Positions 36,782-45,979 of a stretch of 64,000 nt of DNA are shown one piece after another (within the stretch, counting starts at the first letter, position 1; every line of letters starts with the position of its first letter). Source of the stretch: an uncultured Candidatus Saccharibacteria bacterium (GTDB lineage: Bacteria > Patescibacteriota > Doudnabacteria > UBA920 > 2-01-FULL-46-14); contig CAYNFS010000001.1 of the NCBI GenBank assembly GCA_964396685.1, positions 16,638 through 80,637 of the forward strand, read 5' to 3'. The notes beneath the pieces were generated by a model. It had not been told where the DNA came from and ran no database searches. It worked only from the letters and a program-made list of their open reading frames with translations. The position numbers and the translations under genes are program-made.

Positions 36782-38201
36782 GTAATTCCGAAATTATGGC
36801 TTCGCTTAAATTACGAAGTCTCTGTCCAGTGGTCAATTGAGATATGTCGGTATTAAATGGATCGTCTACGGAGCAATGAATCGTTGCGTCATCAAAACTT
36901 TTAAGAAAATTGATGACTGCCTGTGCTTTGATCTTAAAACCATTTCTGATCTTTTCAAACGCCGCACGGCAAGTGGCTACGTCTTCAACTTTGAATACCA
37001 AGGGACAATCGCGATACCATGGATAGCCAAAAATCACGGCCGGCTTGCGCCGCAGAATCGCCTCCCAACCGGGTGTGCCGGTTACCGTTGCGACGGCCTG
37101 AGAGCGATCAATCAGTTCATAGTTGTCGGTTTCAATTGGCACCAAAAAAACTTTCGGGATCCGAGCAATTTTTTCATAATAACCACGATAACGAAAAGGC
37201 GAATATTTACGGCCTTGCCTCCACCATTGTACCGGATGTTCTTTGACATACACTATCCATTGTTCCGGCAGGGTGGCCGCCACGGTTTCGATCATAAAAA
37301 TCAAATCCGCAAAAATTTCTCCAAGCGGCACGGTAGTCCGCTCTGGCTGGTATTGCAAAGGAATGTACACGAATTTTCGCTGATAATCCGGTCTGACTTG
37401 ATACTCGCGATACTCCTTCCAAGCATTGGGACCCAGGCGACTTGCAAAAAAACGATAGGCTAAAACGAAAAGCCGCGGGCTTATCAAATTTTTCCCAAAG
37501 ATTTTCAATTTTCGTCGGAAGTTATTAAAACCCAAATATCGCCGCCTATCAAGTTTTAAATACCAAGGTTTGGCTTCTTCAGTGTCTTTTCCAGTCTGTT
37601 TCAAATAATACGTCTGCAAATCGGGACTCAATTCATTCAAAGAAAATTGCTTGCCTTGATTTTGTTGCAATATCTGCGAAAGTTTCGGGCTTGGTTCCCA
37701 GGGATCAAAGTGAACAAATGTCCTATCGGAAACCGGGGTATCGGAGAACATAATCGTTTTTATGCCACTAAGTTTAGCAAGGCTGTAAAGAAGGTAATTG
37801 TAGTTGTTTGCCGGGGATATTGGAAAAATTATTGCGTCCGGACGAAACTCCTCAAGCACTCCCTGCCAATAACGCAGCAAGTCATAATACAAATGTTTGT
37901 GCTCTTCGAAAGAGAGATAAGGAAATACCTTGTTCGTCATTGTCATAACAATTGACTCCACTCCATAAAGTCTGCGAACAAGATCGGCCGAGGGGGGCGG
38001 ATATTTCCAGACTTCAATACCGGGAGCCGGAATTCCTCGACGGGCATCTTTGTAATTGTGAAAAATAATTTCCGGAAAATTTTTGACCTCCCTATTAAAC
38101 GCCCCTACCCAATAAAGCACCTGATGAGAATGCTTCTGAAGTTCTGTGATCGTATTTGCCGTTTCCGCGCCATGGTTGGCGAAAATTAAAAAAAGACGCA
38201 T
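36774..38201 (-). CDS. large GT-B-like hypothetical protein, paralog 3 (putative KpsC/KpsS-like ulosonic-acid transferase)
   Basis: See paralog 2. Shared PLQ...Q and KEHP motifs. Confidence 0.45.
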   Translation of the reverse strand: MRLFLIFANHGAETANTITELQKHSHQVLYWVGAFNREVKNFPEIIFHNYKDARRGIPAPGIEVWKYPPPSADLVRRLYGVESIVMTMTNKVFPYLSFEEHKHLYYDLLRYWQGVLEEFRPDAIIFPISPANNYNYLLYSLAKLSGIKTIMFSDTPVSDRTFVHFDPWEPSPKLSQILQQNQGKQFSLNELSPDLQTYYLKQTGKDTEEAKPWYLKLDRRRYLGFNNFRRKLKIFGKNLISPRLFVLAYRFFASRLGPNAWKEYREYQVRPDYQRKFVYIPLQYQPERTTVPLGEIFADLIFMIETVAATLPEQWIVYVKEHPVQWWRQGRKYSPFRYRGYYEKIARIPKVFLVPIETDNYELIDRSQAVATVTGTPGWEAILRRKPAVIFGYPWYRDCPLVFKVEDVATCRAAFEKIRNGFKIKAQAVINFLKSFDDATIHCSVDDPFNTDISQLTTGQRLRNLSEAIISELHV

Positions 38202-38203
38202 AT

Positions 38204-40009
38204 TTAAATCTCCCGCAAATGATAAACTTTGAAAAAGTAAGAATCTTTATCCGACAAAAGTTGCCTCGGTTCTCCCTGCTCCACGATCACGCCCTTTTCC
38301 AGAGAGATTAACCGGTCGGTATTCAAAACAGTAGACAGCCGGTGGGCAATCACCAATATGGTAATCTTGCCTTTGAGTTTTTGGATCGATTCCTGAATCC
38401 TTATCTCCGATTCATTGTCCAGAGCGCTGGTCGCCTCATCCAAAATAAGCAACTGGGGGTGCCTAGCCAGAATGCGCGCGATGACTATGCGCTGCCGCTG
38501 TCCCGCGGACAACATGACGCCGCGCTCGCCGATTACCGTCTCAAATCCTTCCGGACGGCCGATGATAAAATCGTAAATATTCGCCTGTTTGGCCGCTTCA
38601 ATCATTGCCTCGTTGTTGATAGCGTCATCATAAAATTTGATGTTGTTTGCGATGGTGTCGTTCATCAAAAAAATGTCCTGCGACACGTAACCGATATTCT
38701 GATACCACTCCCTAAGACCAATTTCGGCGATTTCGTGTCCGTCCAGCAAAATTTGACCCCGAGTCGGGGTCAAAAGTCTCAAAATCAAATCCACTAAGGT
38801 CGTCTTCCCCACTCCGGATGGGCCGATAAGGCCTACCATTTCTCCTTTTTTCAAAACAAAATTAATTTGCAACAAGACGGTTTTTCCCCCGTCATAGGCG
38901 AAATTAACATCTTGAAATTCCAAAGCGCGTTCGAAAATGAAAGGCCTCCCGCTTGACTCAATCTCGCGATGGCGGGAAGATTCTGCTTCATAGTTCAAAA
39001 CGCTCAAAACGTGGGGAACGGAATCATACGCCGTATGCAATGAACTTTGCAATGCCTGGAAATAAGTAAAAATTCGTTCGACCAAATAGATGATCACGGC
39101 CAAAGCGGCAAGATTGAAATTCGGAGATTGATAAAAAAAAGCAAAAATAAAGAGGATAAAAATAACGCCCAAAGGCAGAACAAATGCTCCACCCAATCCC
39201 TTCAGGAACGCTGCCCTGACATTCAGTTCTTTAAGCCTTCGAAAATAACGGCGTCCTTTTTCGGCAACACCGGCCTGCGCAAACAAAGTTTTGACGGTTT
39301 TGATTCCGGAAATATTTTCACTGACATGATGGGTTGCTTCTTTGGCCGTAACCGTTCGTTCGTAGGCTAGATGCTTAATTCTCGAAAATAACGGCTTGAT
39401 GAGGAACATAAACGCCCCGCCAAGAACCAAAGCAGTCAAACTAATCGGCAAAGATACGTTGAACGCCACGAACATATAAACCACCAAGCCTCCGAGCGTG
39501 CTCAGGACAATTGCGAATTGATTGAGCATGCCGCTGCTTGCCGGCACGTCATGCAGGAGTATGGTCTCGAGATAACCGGATTTTTGTTTCATAAGGTGCG
39601 GCCAATTGGCCATGAGAATTCCGTCAAACAGACGGTTGCGGAGTTGTTCTTCATACTCCGAAGTGATTCTGGCTCGAATGAAATTGAGCACCACGCCCAG
39701 AAACGCGCGAAAAATAAACAATGAGCCGATAAAGATCAACAAATAAGTTACAGAGAAATCAATCCCTAACAAACCGAACACCTTCGCGATCTGCCTGGAA
39801 AGAAAATCGCTCCCTCCGTTGCCGTCGCCGAACGCAAAAGAAAATAAAGGGATTAGGGCGGTAATGCCAATACCTTCCAAAAAACTGCTCACAAGACCCA
39901 ACAACGTAAGCAAAACAATCCGCCTCTTGTAAGGCCCGTAAGTTTTCCAAGCAAGCGTAAAGACCTTCATTACGCGATCCAAGTTCAGAAATTTGTCCAC
40001 TTTTACCAT
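38204..40009 (-). CDS. ABC transporter permease/ATPase fusion (MsbA/PglK-type exporter)
   Basis: Six TM segments plus NBD (GPSGVGKTTL, LSAGQRQRIVIARIL, ILDEATSALD). Confidence 0.9.
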   Translation of the reverse strand: MVKVDKFLNLDRVMKVFTLAWKTYGPYKRRIVLLTLLGLVSSFLEGIGITALIPLFSFAFGDGNGGSDFLSRQIAKVFGLLGIDFSVTYLLIFIGSLFIFRAFLGVVLNFIRARITSEYEEQLRNRLFDGILMANWPHLMKQKSGYLETILLHDVPASSGMLNQFAIVLSTLGGLVVYMFVAFNVSLPISLTALVLGGAFMFLIKPLFSRIKHLAYERTVTAKEATHHVSENISGIKTVKTLFAQAGVAEKGRRYFRRLKELNVRAAFLKGLGGAFVLPLGVIFILFIFAFFYQSPNFNLAALAVIIYLVERIFTYFQALQSSLHTAYDSVPHVLSVLNYEAESSRHREIESSGRPFIFERALEFQDVNFAYDGGKTVLLQINFVLKKGEMVGLIGPSGVGKTTLVDLILRLLTPTRGQILLDGHEIAEIGLREWYQNIGYVSQDIFLMNDTIANNIKFYDDAINNEAMIEAAKQANIYDFIIGRPEGFETVIGERGVMLSAGQRQRIVIARILARHPQLLILDEATSALDNESEIRIQESIQKLKGKITILVIAHRLSTVLNTDRLISLEKGVIVEQGEPRQLLSDKDSYFFKVYHLREI

Positions 40010-40269
40010 GGATTGATTTTCTCCACGATCTTTCGTTTAAGTTTCATGTAGGCGCGTTCCACCTGTTTTTCAACTTCCGGAGAGACCAGTCGCAAAAGTT
40101 CCTTGCCCAGAATCCGGTATTGACCGCCGACTTTGTTGGCACGAATAAGACCGCGTTTCAGGAGTCTTTTGATCGTGCTTTCGCTGACTTTCAAAAGCTC
40201 TTGCGTTTCCGCGGTCGTATAAACGGCATTTTCTTTGATTTCTTGGTCCATTTTGTTTGGAGCACACAA
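40003..40269 (-). CDS. small helix-turn-helix DNA-binding protein (excisionase/MerR-like HTH_17)
   Basis: YTTAETQELLKVSESTIKRLLKRGLIRANKVGGQYRI. Confidence 0.5.
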   Translation of the reverse strand: MCAPNKMDQEIKENAVYTTAETQELLKVSESTIKRLLKRGLIRANKVGGQYRILGKELLRLVSPEVEKQVERAYMKLKRKIVEKINPW

Positions 40270-40500
40270 TGCAAAAACCTATTCAAATGATAGCAAAAAG
40301 GGTCAAAAAGTGTCAAGTCGTGCCAGAAACTCATATTTTCCGCTTAAATTAGGCAATACTAACAAATTTGATCTATCCGACTCCCGCCCCGTAGTGTCCC
40401 GACTTTGCGTCGGGACTACTACTGGGGTCAAGAGGTATCAAAAAAATAGGCCCGTTTTGGCTTAAATAAGCTGAAAAGACTAACTTTACGCTCTAAAACC

Positions 40501-41187
40501 TTACTTCTTCACGAGATAGTGCTTGTTAGTTTCCGGGTAGTGGACAATGGTTTGGAATTTGCCTGCGAAAAATTCATCAATGGCTTTTGTGGCTCCGGGC
40601 CATTTGTCCTCACCCTCTGGATGAGCCTCTGTCGGCTGGATATCCTTGTATTCGTCAAAGCATACTACTCCGCCGGGCGACACCCTGTCCCAAAGATTCT
40701 GTAGAATATCCCGGTAAGAAACATAAAGGTCCGCATCAGCGTGCAGAAAAGCGATTTGCCTGTCAGTCGGGAAATTTGGAAGGCTCTTGTCAAAAAAGCC
40801 GGGCACTATCTGGATATTCAAATCAGGATACCACTTGCGAATCCCTGACGCCTCCAGTAAATCCAGAACTGCTTTTTGGTCAACTTTCCATTCTCCTTTT
40901 TGCGGGTTTCGAAAAGATTTGTCCTGCTTGCCAGGTTCTGGAAATCCCTCAAAAGAATCAAAGCCCCAAAGCATGCGGCGGGGCGGCCGAGCTTCTCTGC
41001 CGATTAAGTAAGCGAGCATCGCAAAAGTGGTACCCATTCCCACTCCGCACTCCACCACGTCACCCCGGATCTTTTTGATTTTTTCAAAAAGCGAGATGAA
41101 ATAGCGAAACTGTGCCATCCATCCTACAGGCACGGGAGAAGACGGGGTCCAATTCGGCAGATGTTTGGTCGGCTGTTTGGTTCTCAT
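40501..41187 (-). CDS. TylF/MycF-family (macrocin O-methyltransferase-like) SAM-dependent sugar O-methyltransferase
   Basis: GDVVECGVGMGTTFAMLA and downstream DxD...D pattern typical of PF05711. Confidence 0.7.
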   Translation of the reverse strand: MRTKQPTKHLPNWTPSSPVPVGWMAQFRYFISLFEKIKKIRGDVVECGVGMGTTFAMLAYLIGREARPPRRMLWGFDSFEGFPEPGKQDKSFRNPQKGEWKVDQKAVLDLLEASGIRKWYPDLNIQIVPGFFDKSLPNFPTDRQIAFLHADADLYVSYRDILQNLWDRVSPGGVVCFDEYKDIQPTEAHPEGEDKWPGATKAIDEFFAGKFQTIVHYPETNKHYLVKK

Positions 41188-41370
41188 AATAATGTACTAC
41201 GCGCGAATCAACCGAAAAATCACAAACTTTCTAATAACGAAACGGTCAATTACCAATTTTTTTTCCTTTTGTCGACAAGATAGCATTATTGAGGCTGCTG
41301 GTCAAACATTTGAAAAAAAGAAGCCGAAACGCAAAGCGTCTCGGCAAACCGCAAGACAACCGAGGATGAT

Positions 41371-42234
41371 TCAAACAGTGGAGTCCTCTTCCAGCCCAGC
41401 ACGAATGCGATTCCTGATCTCCTCGACAAACCCGTCGAGGTGTGAATCAAAGTTCGCCTCCGCGCTGGCAAGAAGAATTCCGGCCAGTACTCGTTGCCCG
41501 ACATGCAAAGCGATCTCTGCCGCGTGCACGAGATAGGCTCCGGCATCTCCCGGAGACTCCGTCCACAGTCTTTCGGCTGAAGCCTCCAACAAACGGATGG
41601 CCTCGTTCGGACGCGCCGATGCGATGATGAGCGCCTTGCTGTAGTTGAAACGCGCTACTTCGGCATCATCCGGATGAAGCTTTGGCAGAAATGCCTCGAT
41701 TCTCTTCAGGCAGTCTTTCTTCTGCGCATCCGTGCCCCAGTTGCAAACTGTCCCGGCCAAACGGTGCAAGGCGAAACTCTCGGCCCGAAATCCCGCCACA
41801 GGATCAATCTCGGCGGCCATTTGGGCAAGCTCGATCGCTTCCTGCAAAAGCCGGATATTTTCGGCTACCCCTTCAGGATCCTCTTCGCCGTGCTCGGTTG
41901 GGTAGGAATAGACCATGGCCTGCATGGCCCGAAGCCGGCTTTTGGTCAAGAGGTCTGAAGGCAGAGATGCTGCCTCCTGGAAAATCTCCAAAGCCAGGGG
42001 TAAATCCCCGGCAAACCGCCTCACCCAGTCGCCGATGTTGGCAAGACACTCGGCTCGCAACTGCTTGTTGCTACCCGCTAACCGCAGGACAGCAAGAAAT
42101 ACTGACAATGCTTCTTCGGTCTGACCTCGCATCATGGCGGCGATAGCCGCCTGATTCTGGTCACGGACCAGCTGTTCAACCGTGACAGCGGCCTTAAGCG
42201 CGTCCCAAATCCGTTCACCTAACGTCTTGTTCAT
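41371..42234 (-). CDS. hypothetical all-helical (TPR/HEAT-like) protein in a GC-rich segment
   Basis: ORF with GGAGGG 6 nt upstream of ATG 42234. Composition differs from the flanks. Confidence 0.4.
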   Translation of the reverse strand: MNKTLGERIWDALKAAVTVEQLVRDQNQAAIAAMMRGQTEEALSVFLAVLRLAGSNKQLRAECLANIGDWVRRFAGDLPLALEIFQEAASLPSDLLTKSRLRAMQAMVYSYPTEHGEEDPEGVAENIRLLQEAIELAQMAAEIDPVAGFRAESFALHRLAGTVCNWGTDAQKKDCLKRIEAFLPKLHPDDAEVARFNYSKALIIASARPNEAIRLLEASAERLWTESPGDAGAYLVHAAEIALHVGQRVLAGILLASAEANFDSHLDGFVEEIRNRIRAGLEEDSTV

Positions 42235-42419
42235 CAGTGCCCTCCGTTTCGAATTGACAACTAGGCATAATAACAAAGCCGGACGGTTTGAGTCAAGAGT
42301 TTGATGACGCGAATATTATTTCCGCAGGGACTGATAAAGCAGGGAAAAAGCCGCGGCGGCAAGAAAGGCCGGGATAAAGGCCTGCGGATAAAAGTAAATC
42401 AGATTAAGCTCTTTTTTTA

Positions 42420-43553
42420 TCATTGCACGTCGCGGATAAATGCCAAAATTGAGGCCGCCCTTAAGTCCCAGGTGAATTTACGCGCTTTTGCTCTGGCCCT
42501 GGCCGAAATGCTCTCTCCCAACTTTTCGTCGCTCAACACCTTCTTGATTCCCCGAGCCAAGCTTTGCGCGTTGTCCGGCTCGACGAAAACAGCGCTTTCC
42601 TCGTCAAGGACTTCCCGGATGCTCGGCAAATCCGAAGCCACGATCGGCCGCCCGGAAGCCATGTATTCAAAAAGCTTCAAAGGCGAAATAAAATACGCAT
42701 AATGGTCATTCTGGGGAAACGACAACAAGAGCACATCAAAGGCTTTTTGGTACCAAGCCAGCTCGGATAATCCCACGCGACTCCTAAATTCCACCCAGTC
42801 TTTAACCCCCAAGCTTTCCGCCAATACTTTATACTCTTTGATATGCCGCGGCAAGCCGCCCACCGCGATGAATTGCACGTTCTTGTCAGAAAGCAGGGGC
42901 ATGGCGTGAAGAATCGTGCTAATTCCCTTCTCCATTTCATTGGTCTTGAGGCTTCCGGTGTAGCCTAAAATTACCTTATCAACCGGCAGACCAAGTTTTT
43001 GCCGCGCTTCCGTTTTTGACATCTTAAGATCAAACACCTTGAGATCCACCGCGTCCGGCGCCACGATGATCTTATCGGCGGGCATTCCGGCCGCCGCAAG
43101 ACGCTCGTTGATAAACCTCGTGGTCACCACGATTTTTCTCGCTCTCCCCCACACCGAGAGGTCGCGCTTCTTAATCTCGCGCGGCAGAGTGTGAGTTTCG
43201 AGAATGAAATCACGAAAAAACAGCCCGCTCATGTGCTCGCGGATATAGAGCACATCATAACCTCGAAAAGCGAGGTAAATCTTGGCAGAGAGTAAAAAGC
43301 TCAAACGCGAAAGCCAGCTGCCATATTTTGGAATGAGATTTACCAAATCTAGTGACCAGATTCTGGTAATCCGAAAATTGCGTTTGATCCCATAATATTC
43401 AAACGGATCGGTTTTGATCAGATTCTTGCGCCTCGACACAATCAATTCCACATTGTGGTTTGCTTGAGCAAACGCCTCGCACATTTTCATGATCTGATAG
43501 CCATGCGCCTTTTCCGTGGGCATCCTTACGCTTGCTAAATAAACTAGCCGCAC
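42420..43553 (-). CDS. glycosyltransferase family 4 (GT-B)
   Basis: C-terminal GT4 motif (LFEYMASGRPIVASD). Confidence 0.85.
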   Translation of the reverse strand: MRLVYLASVRMPTEKAHGYQIMKMCEAFAQANHNVELIVSRRKNLIKTDPFEYYGIKRNFRITRIWSLDLVNLIPKYGSWLSRLSFLLSAKIYLAFRGYDVLYIREHMSGLFFRDFILETHTLPREIKKRDLSVWGRARKIVVTTRFINERLAAAGMPADKIIVAPDAVDLKVFDLKMSKTEARQKLGLPVDKVILGYTGSLKTNEMEKGISTILHAMPLLSDKNVQFIAVGGLPRHIKEYKVLAESLGVKDWVEFRSRVGLSELAWYQKAFDVLLLSFPQNDHYAYFISPLKLFEYMASGRPIVASDLPSIREVLDEESAVFVEPDNAQSLARGIKKVLSDEKLGESISARARAKARKFTWDLRAASILAFIRDVQ

Positions 43554-44200
43554 AAAATTTGGTTATATCCTTTAAGTTCTCTCGCTCTTTTCTCCGCATA
43601 TTTGAAGTCCGGATCAGGCATCGCAACAACATAAAAATGCGGATAAATCGGATCAAAAAGTTTGTCTAAAGTTTTATTGCCAAAATGAAAACCTCTGATT
43701 ACCCTAACCTTCCACCCCGCCCGCTCTACAGTCGTAAGGAGCGTGGCCTGGGTAAAAAAATTGATATGCGCACTGGCCAAACTGCCGCGAAATTTTTTTA
43801 AGCGCGATAATGACGCAATTTTTGGGACGCAAGGAACACCAAGGATTAAATTTCCTTCTGATTTCAGATAGCTTTTTATTTTAATCAAAAAATTATGAGG
43901 TGAATAAAGGTGCTCTAATAAATTATTTGAAAAAATTGCATCAAATTTTTCGGACAAGACAAAATCATCCGCTTCGATGTTCCCCAATCTGACGTCGAGC
44001 CCAAGACTTGTCCCGTACGATACTTCTTCAGGTATAATGGTGATGCCGGCGCTGCCTTTGCCGAAATGAATCAAGAACTCGCCGTAAGAACAGCCGATAT
44101 CGAGAACCGCCTTTTTATCCAAATCAAAAAGGCGTAAAATGTTTCGAAAAGTTTTTGAACGCGAAACATTTTTGAAGCGATTTGCTATTTCTTGGCTCAT
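43544..44200 (-). CDS. class I SAM-dependent methyltransferase
   Basis: Motif I VLDIGCSYGEF. Confidence 0.7.
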   Translation of the reverse strand: MSQEIANRFKNVSRSKTFRNILRLFDLDKKAVLDIGCSYGEFLIHFGKGSAGITIIPEEVSYGTSLGLDVRLGNIEADDFVLSEKFDAIFSNNLLEHLYSPHNFLIKIKSYLKSEGNLILGVPCVPKIASLSRLKKFRGSLASAHINFFTQATLLTTVERAGWKVRVIRGFHFGNKTLDKLFDPIYPHFYVVAMPDPDFKYAEKRARELKGYNQILCG

Positions 44201-44237
44201 GAACTAATAAATCTCATCCTTAGCATTTTATCAAAAT

Positions 44238-45263
44238 TCAAAAAACTTTGCCATGGTAAAGCTTAACCAATACGTTGGCGAACACTCCGCCGGCGACCGC
44301 GATTTTATCATAAGGAATTTTGGTTCCCGCGTTCCGCACGAGCTGCGTCAAGATTTCTTCCAATCTTTTTTGGGCGGCCGCGGCGACATCTTCGCGACTG
44401 GCCTCGCCCAAAAAAGTTTTCATTCGTTCCGGTTCATAGCTGGTCCAGTCTGGAATCAGCCTCAATTCGTCAAAAAATAAACTCTCTCGCGAATGAAATC
44501 TTAGGCCTTTGCAAAAAATTGCCTGCCTCATTTTGCCAATCAATTTATCCGGGTTGCCGCGAGCGGCAAGGCCGGTGGTTTTACCGCCGTGGCGGGTGCC
44601 TGAACGAAAACCGCAGGTTTTGGTGATACTGCCCCAAAAAGTACCGGCCGAATGGGGTAAAAAAGTTTTATCAATGATTGTAATTTTTCCCCGCTCTCCC
44701 CTGCTGACCGTGGAAGTGAGCAAATTGCCTGCGCCATCCACCGTTATAATCAAAGTGTTTTCCCACGGAGAGGTAAAATAAGCCGACGCGGCATGAGCCA
44801 AGTGATGATCTATGCAGGAAATTCTGGCCTTGGGAAAATTTTGCTTGATGAAATCCCGCCAATAGTATTTGAGCGTAAATTCTTCCTGCTCTTGATTTTG
44901 CGGTTTTGCCAATTTCTTAACATTTTTTTCTCTTACGATGATTCGCCATATTTGCTGATATGTGCGATACGACAAAAGACGGCCCCTTCGTTCCCGCCAG
45001 AGAAACTCTAGAAACCGCCCCACCTTTTGGACAAAAGTCAGGGTCGGCACCGCCACCCACGCGATTTGTTCGCGTCTGACACCCGTATAGTCAAGCATGG
45101 CTTGAATAGACATTGCCGGAAAATCCCCGTCCTGTTTTTTGCGCGAAAGCCGCTCCTCGTTCACGGCGAAGAGCACATTGCCTTCCATATCCAGCAAAGC
45201 CACCCCCGATTCGTGACAGCGCGATTTGAGCGGTAAATTGATTCCTAATATGTATCTTTTCAT
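44238..45263 (-). CDS. carbamoyltransferase N-terminal (Kae1/ASKHA-like) domain protein lacking the C-terminal carbamoyl-phosphate domain
   Basis: DHHLAHAASAYF motif and Carbam_trans_N-like sequence. About 340 aa, with no C-terminal domain. Confidence 0.65.
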   Translation of the reverse strand: MKRYILGINLPLKSRCHESGVALLDMEGNVLFAVNEERLSRKKQDGDFPAMSIQAMLDYTGVRREQIAWVAVPTLTFVQKVGRFLEFLWRERRGRLLSYRTYQQIWRIIVREKNVKKLAKPQNQEQEEFTLKYYWRDFIKQNFPKARISCIDHHLAHAASAYFTSPWENTLIITVDGAGNLLTSTVSRGERGKITIIDKTFLPHSAGTFWGSITKTCGFRSGTRHGGKTTGLAARGNPDKLIGKMRQAIFCKGLRFHSRESLFFDELRLIPDWTSYEPERMKTFLGEASREDVAAAAQKRLEEILTQLVRNAGTKIPYDKIAVAGGVFANVLVKLYHGKVF

Positions 45264-45979
45264 TTTATCGAAAAAAAGCGGCGAAGAATTTTTTTTGTGT
45301 ACCGCCAAAAACCCGGCAAATAATCCTCAATCCAGACGTCAGAGCCGCTTACTTTGCCTATTTCGCCAATAGCCGCGCGGTAAATGACAGAAGCTACTGT
45401 TCGAGGATTAGCGCCTTTTCCTCCCCCCATGCCGCTATTGGTCAAAGGTGGGTGCAGAGCTAAAATCCTCAAGGCGGGCCATTCTTTGGCCAAAGCCTGC
45501 GTCATGCCGCGAATGCCGAATTTTGCCGAACAATACGCGGCCAGATTTTTCTTGCCCAAGCGGCTCAAGTTGCTTCCGACATTGATCACAGCCTCTTGGA
45601 CCGCCGGCAAAAGCAAGCTCGTAAATTTCAAAGGTCCCAAAAGACTGACATTCACCTGCTGATCTATCTCCTCAAAACTTTGTTCGGACAATTTGCCTGA
45701 AACAAGTATTCCCGCATTGTTAACCAATATATCTATCCTCTCAAATTTGGCCATGATTTTTTGCGCGCACTCCCGGATACTGCCTTCATCCGAGAGATTA
45801 AGCCTCAACGCAAAAGCTTGAGGTGCGTCCAGCGCCAAGCAGTGTTTGACTACTTCTGCCACGCGCCCTTCCTCACGATGAAAAGTCAGCGCCAAGGCGC
45901 TGTCCCTTTTGGCAAACTCGTATGCCAGCTCCTCTCCGATTCCCCGGCTTGCCCCGGTTATTACGACAACTCTGCTCAT
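45260..45979 (-). CDS. SDR family short-chain dehydrogenase/reductase
   Basis: VVITGASRGIGEELA, NNAG, YCSAKFG. Confidence 0.85.
   Translation of the reverse strand: MSRVVVITGASRGIGEELAYEFAKRDSALALTFHREEGRVAEVVKHCLALDAPQAFALRLNLSDEGSIRECAQKIMAKFERIDILVNNAGILVSGKLSEQSFEEIDQQVNVSLLGPLKFTSLLLPAVQEAVINVGSNLSRLGKKNLAAYCSAKFGIRGMTQALAKEWPALRILALHPPLTNSGMGGGKGANPRTVASVIYRAAIGEIGKVSGSDVWIEDYLPGFWRYTKKILRRFFSIK

Noticed and set aside
40330-40460. Possible tRNA, or an intrinsic terminator at hairpin gtagtgtcccgac/gtcgggactactac
   Set aside because: No acceptor or T-arm features on either strand, and no U-tract on either side. Left unannotated (it could be a protein-binding palindrome).
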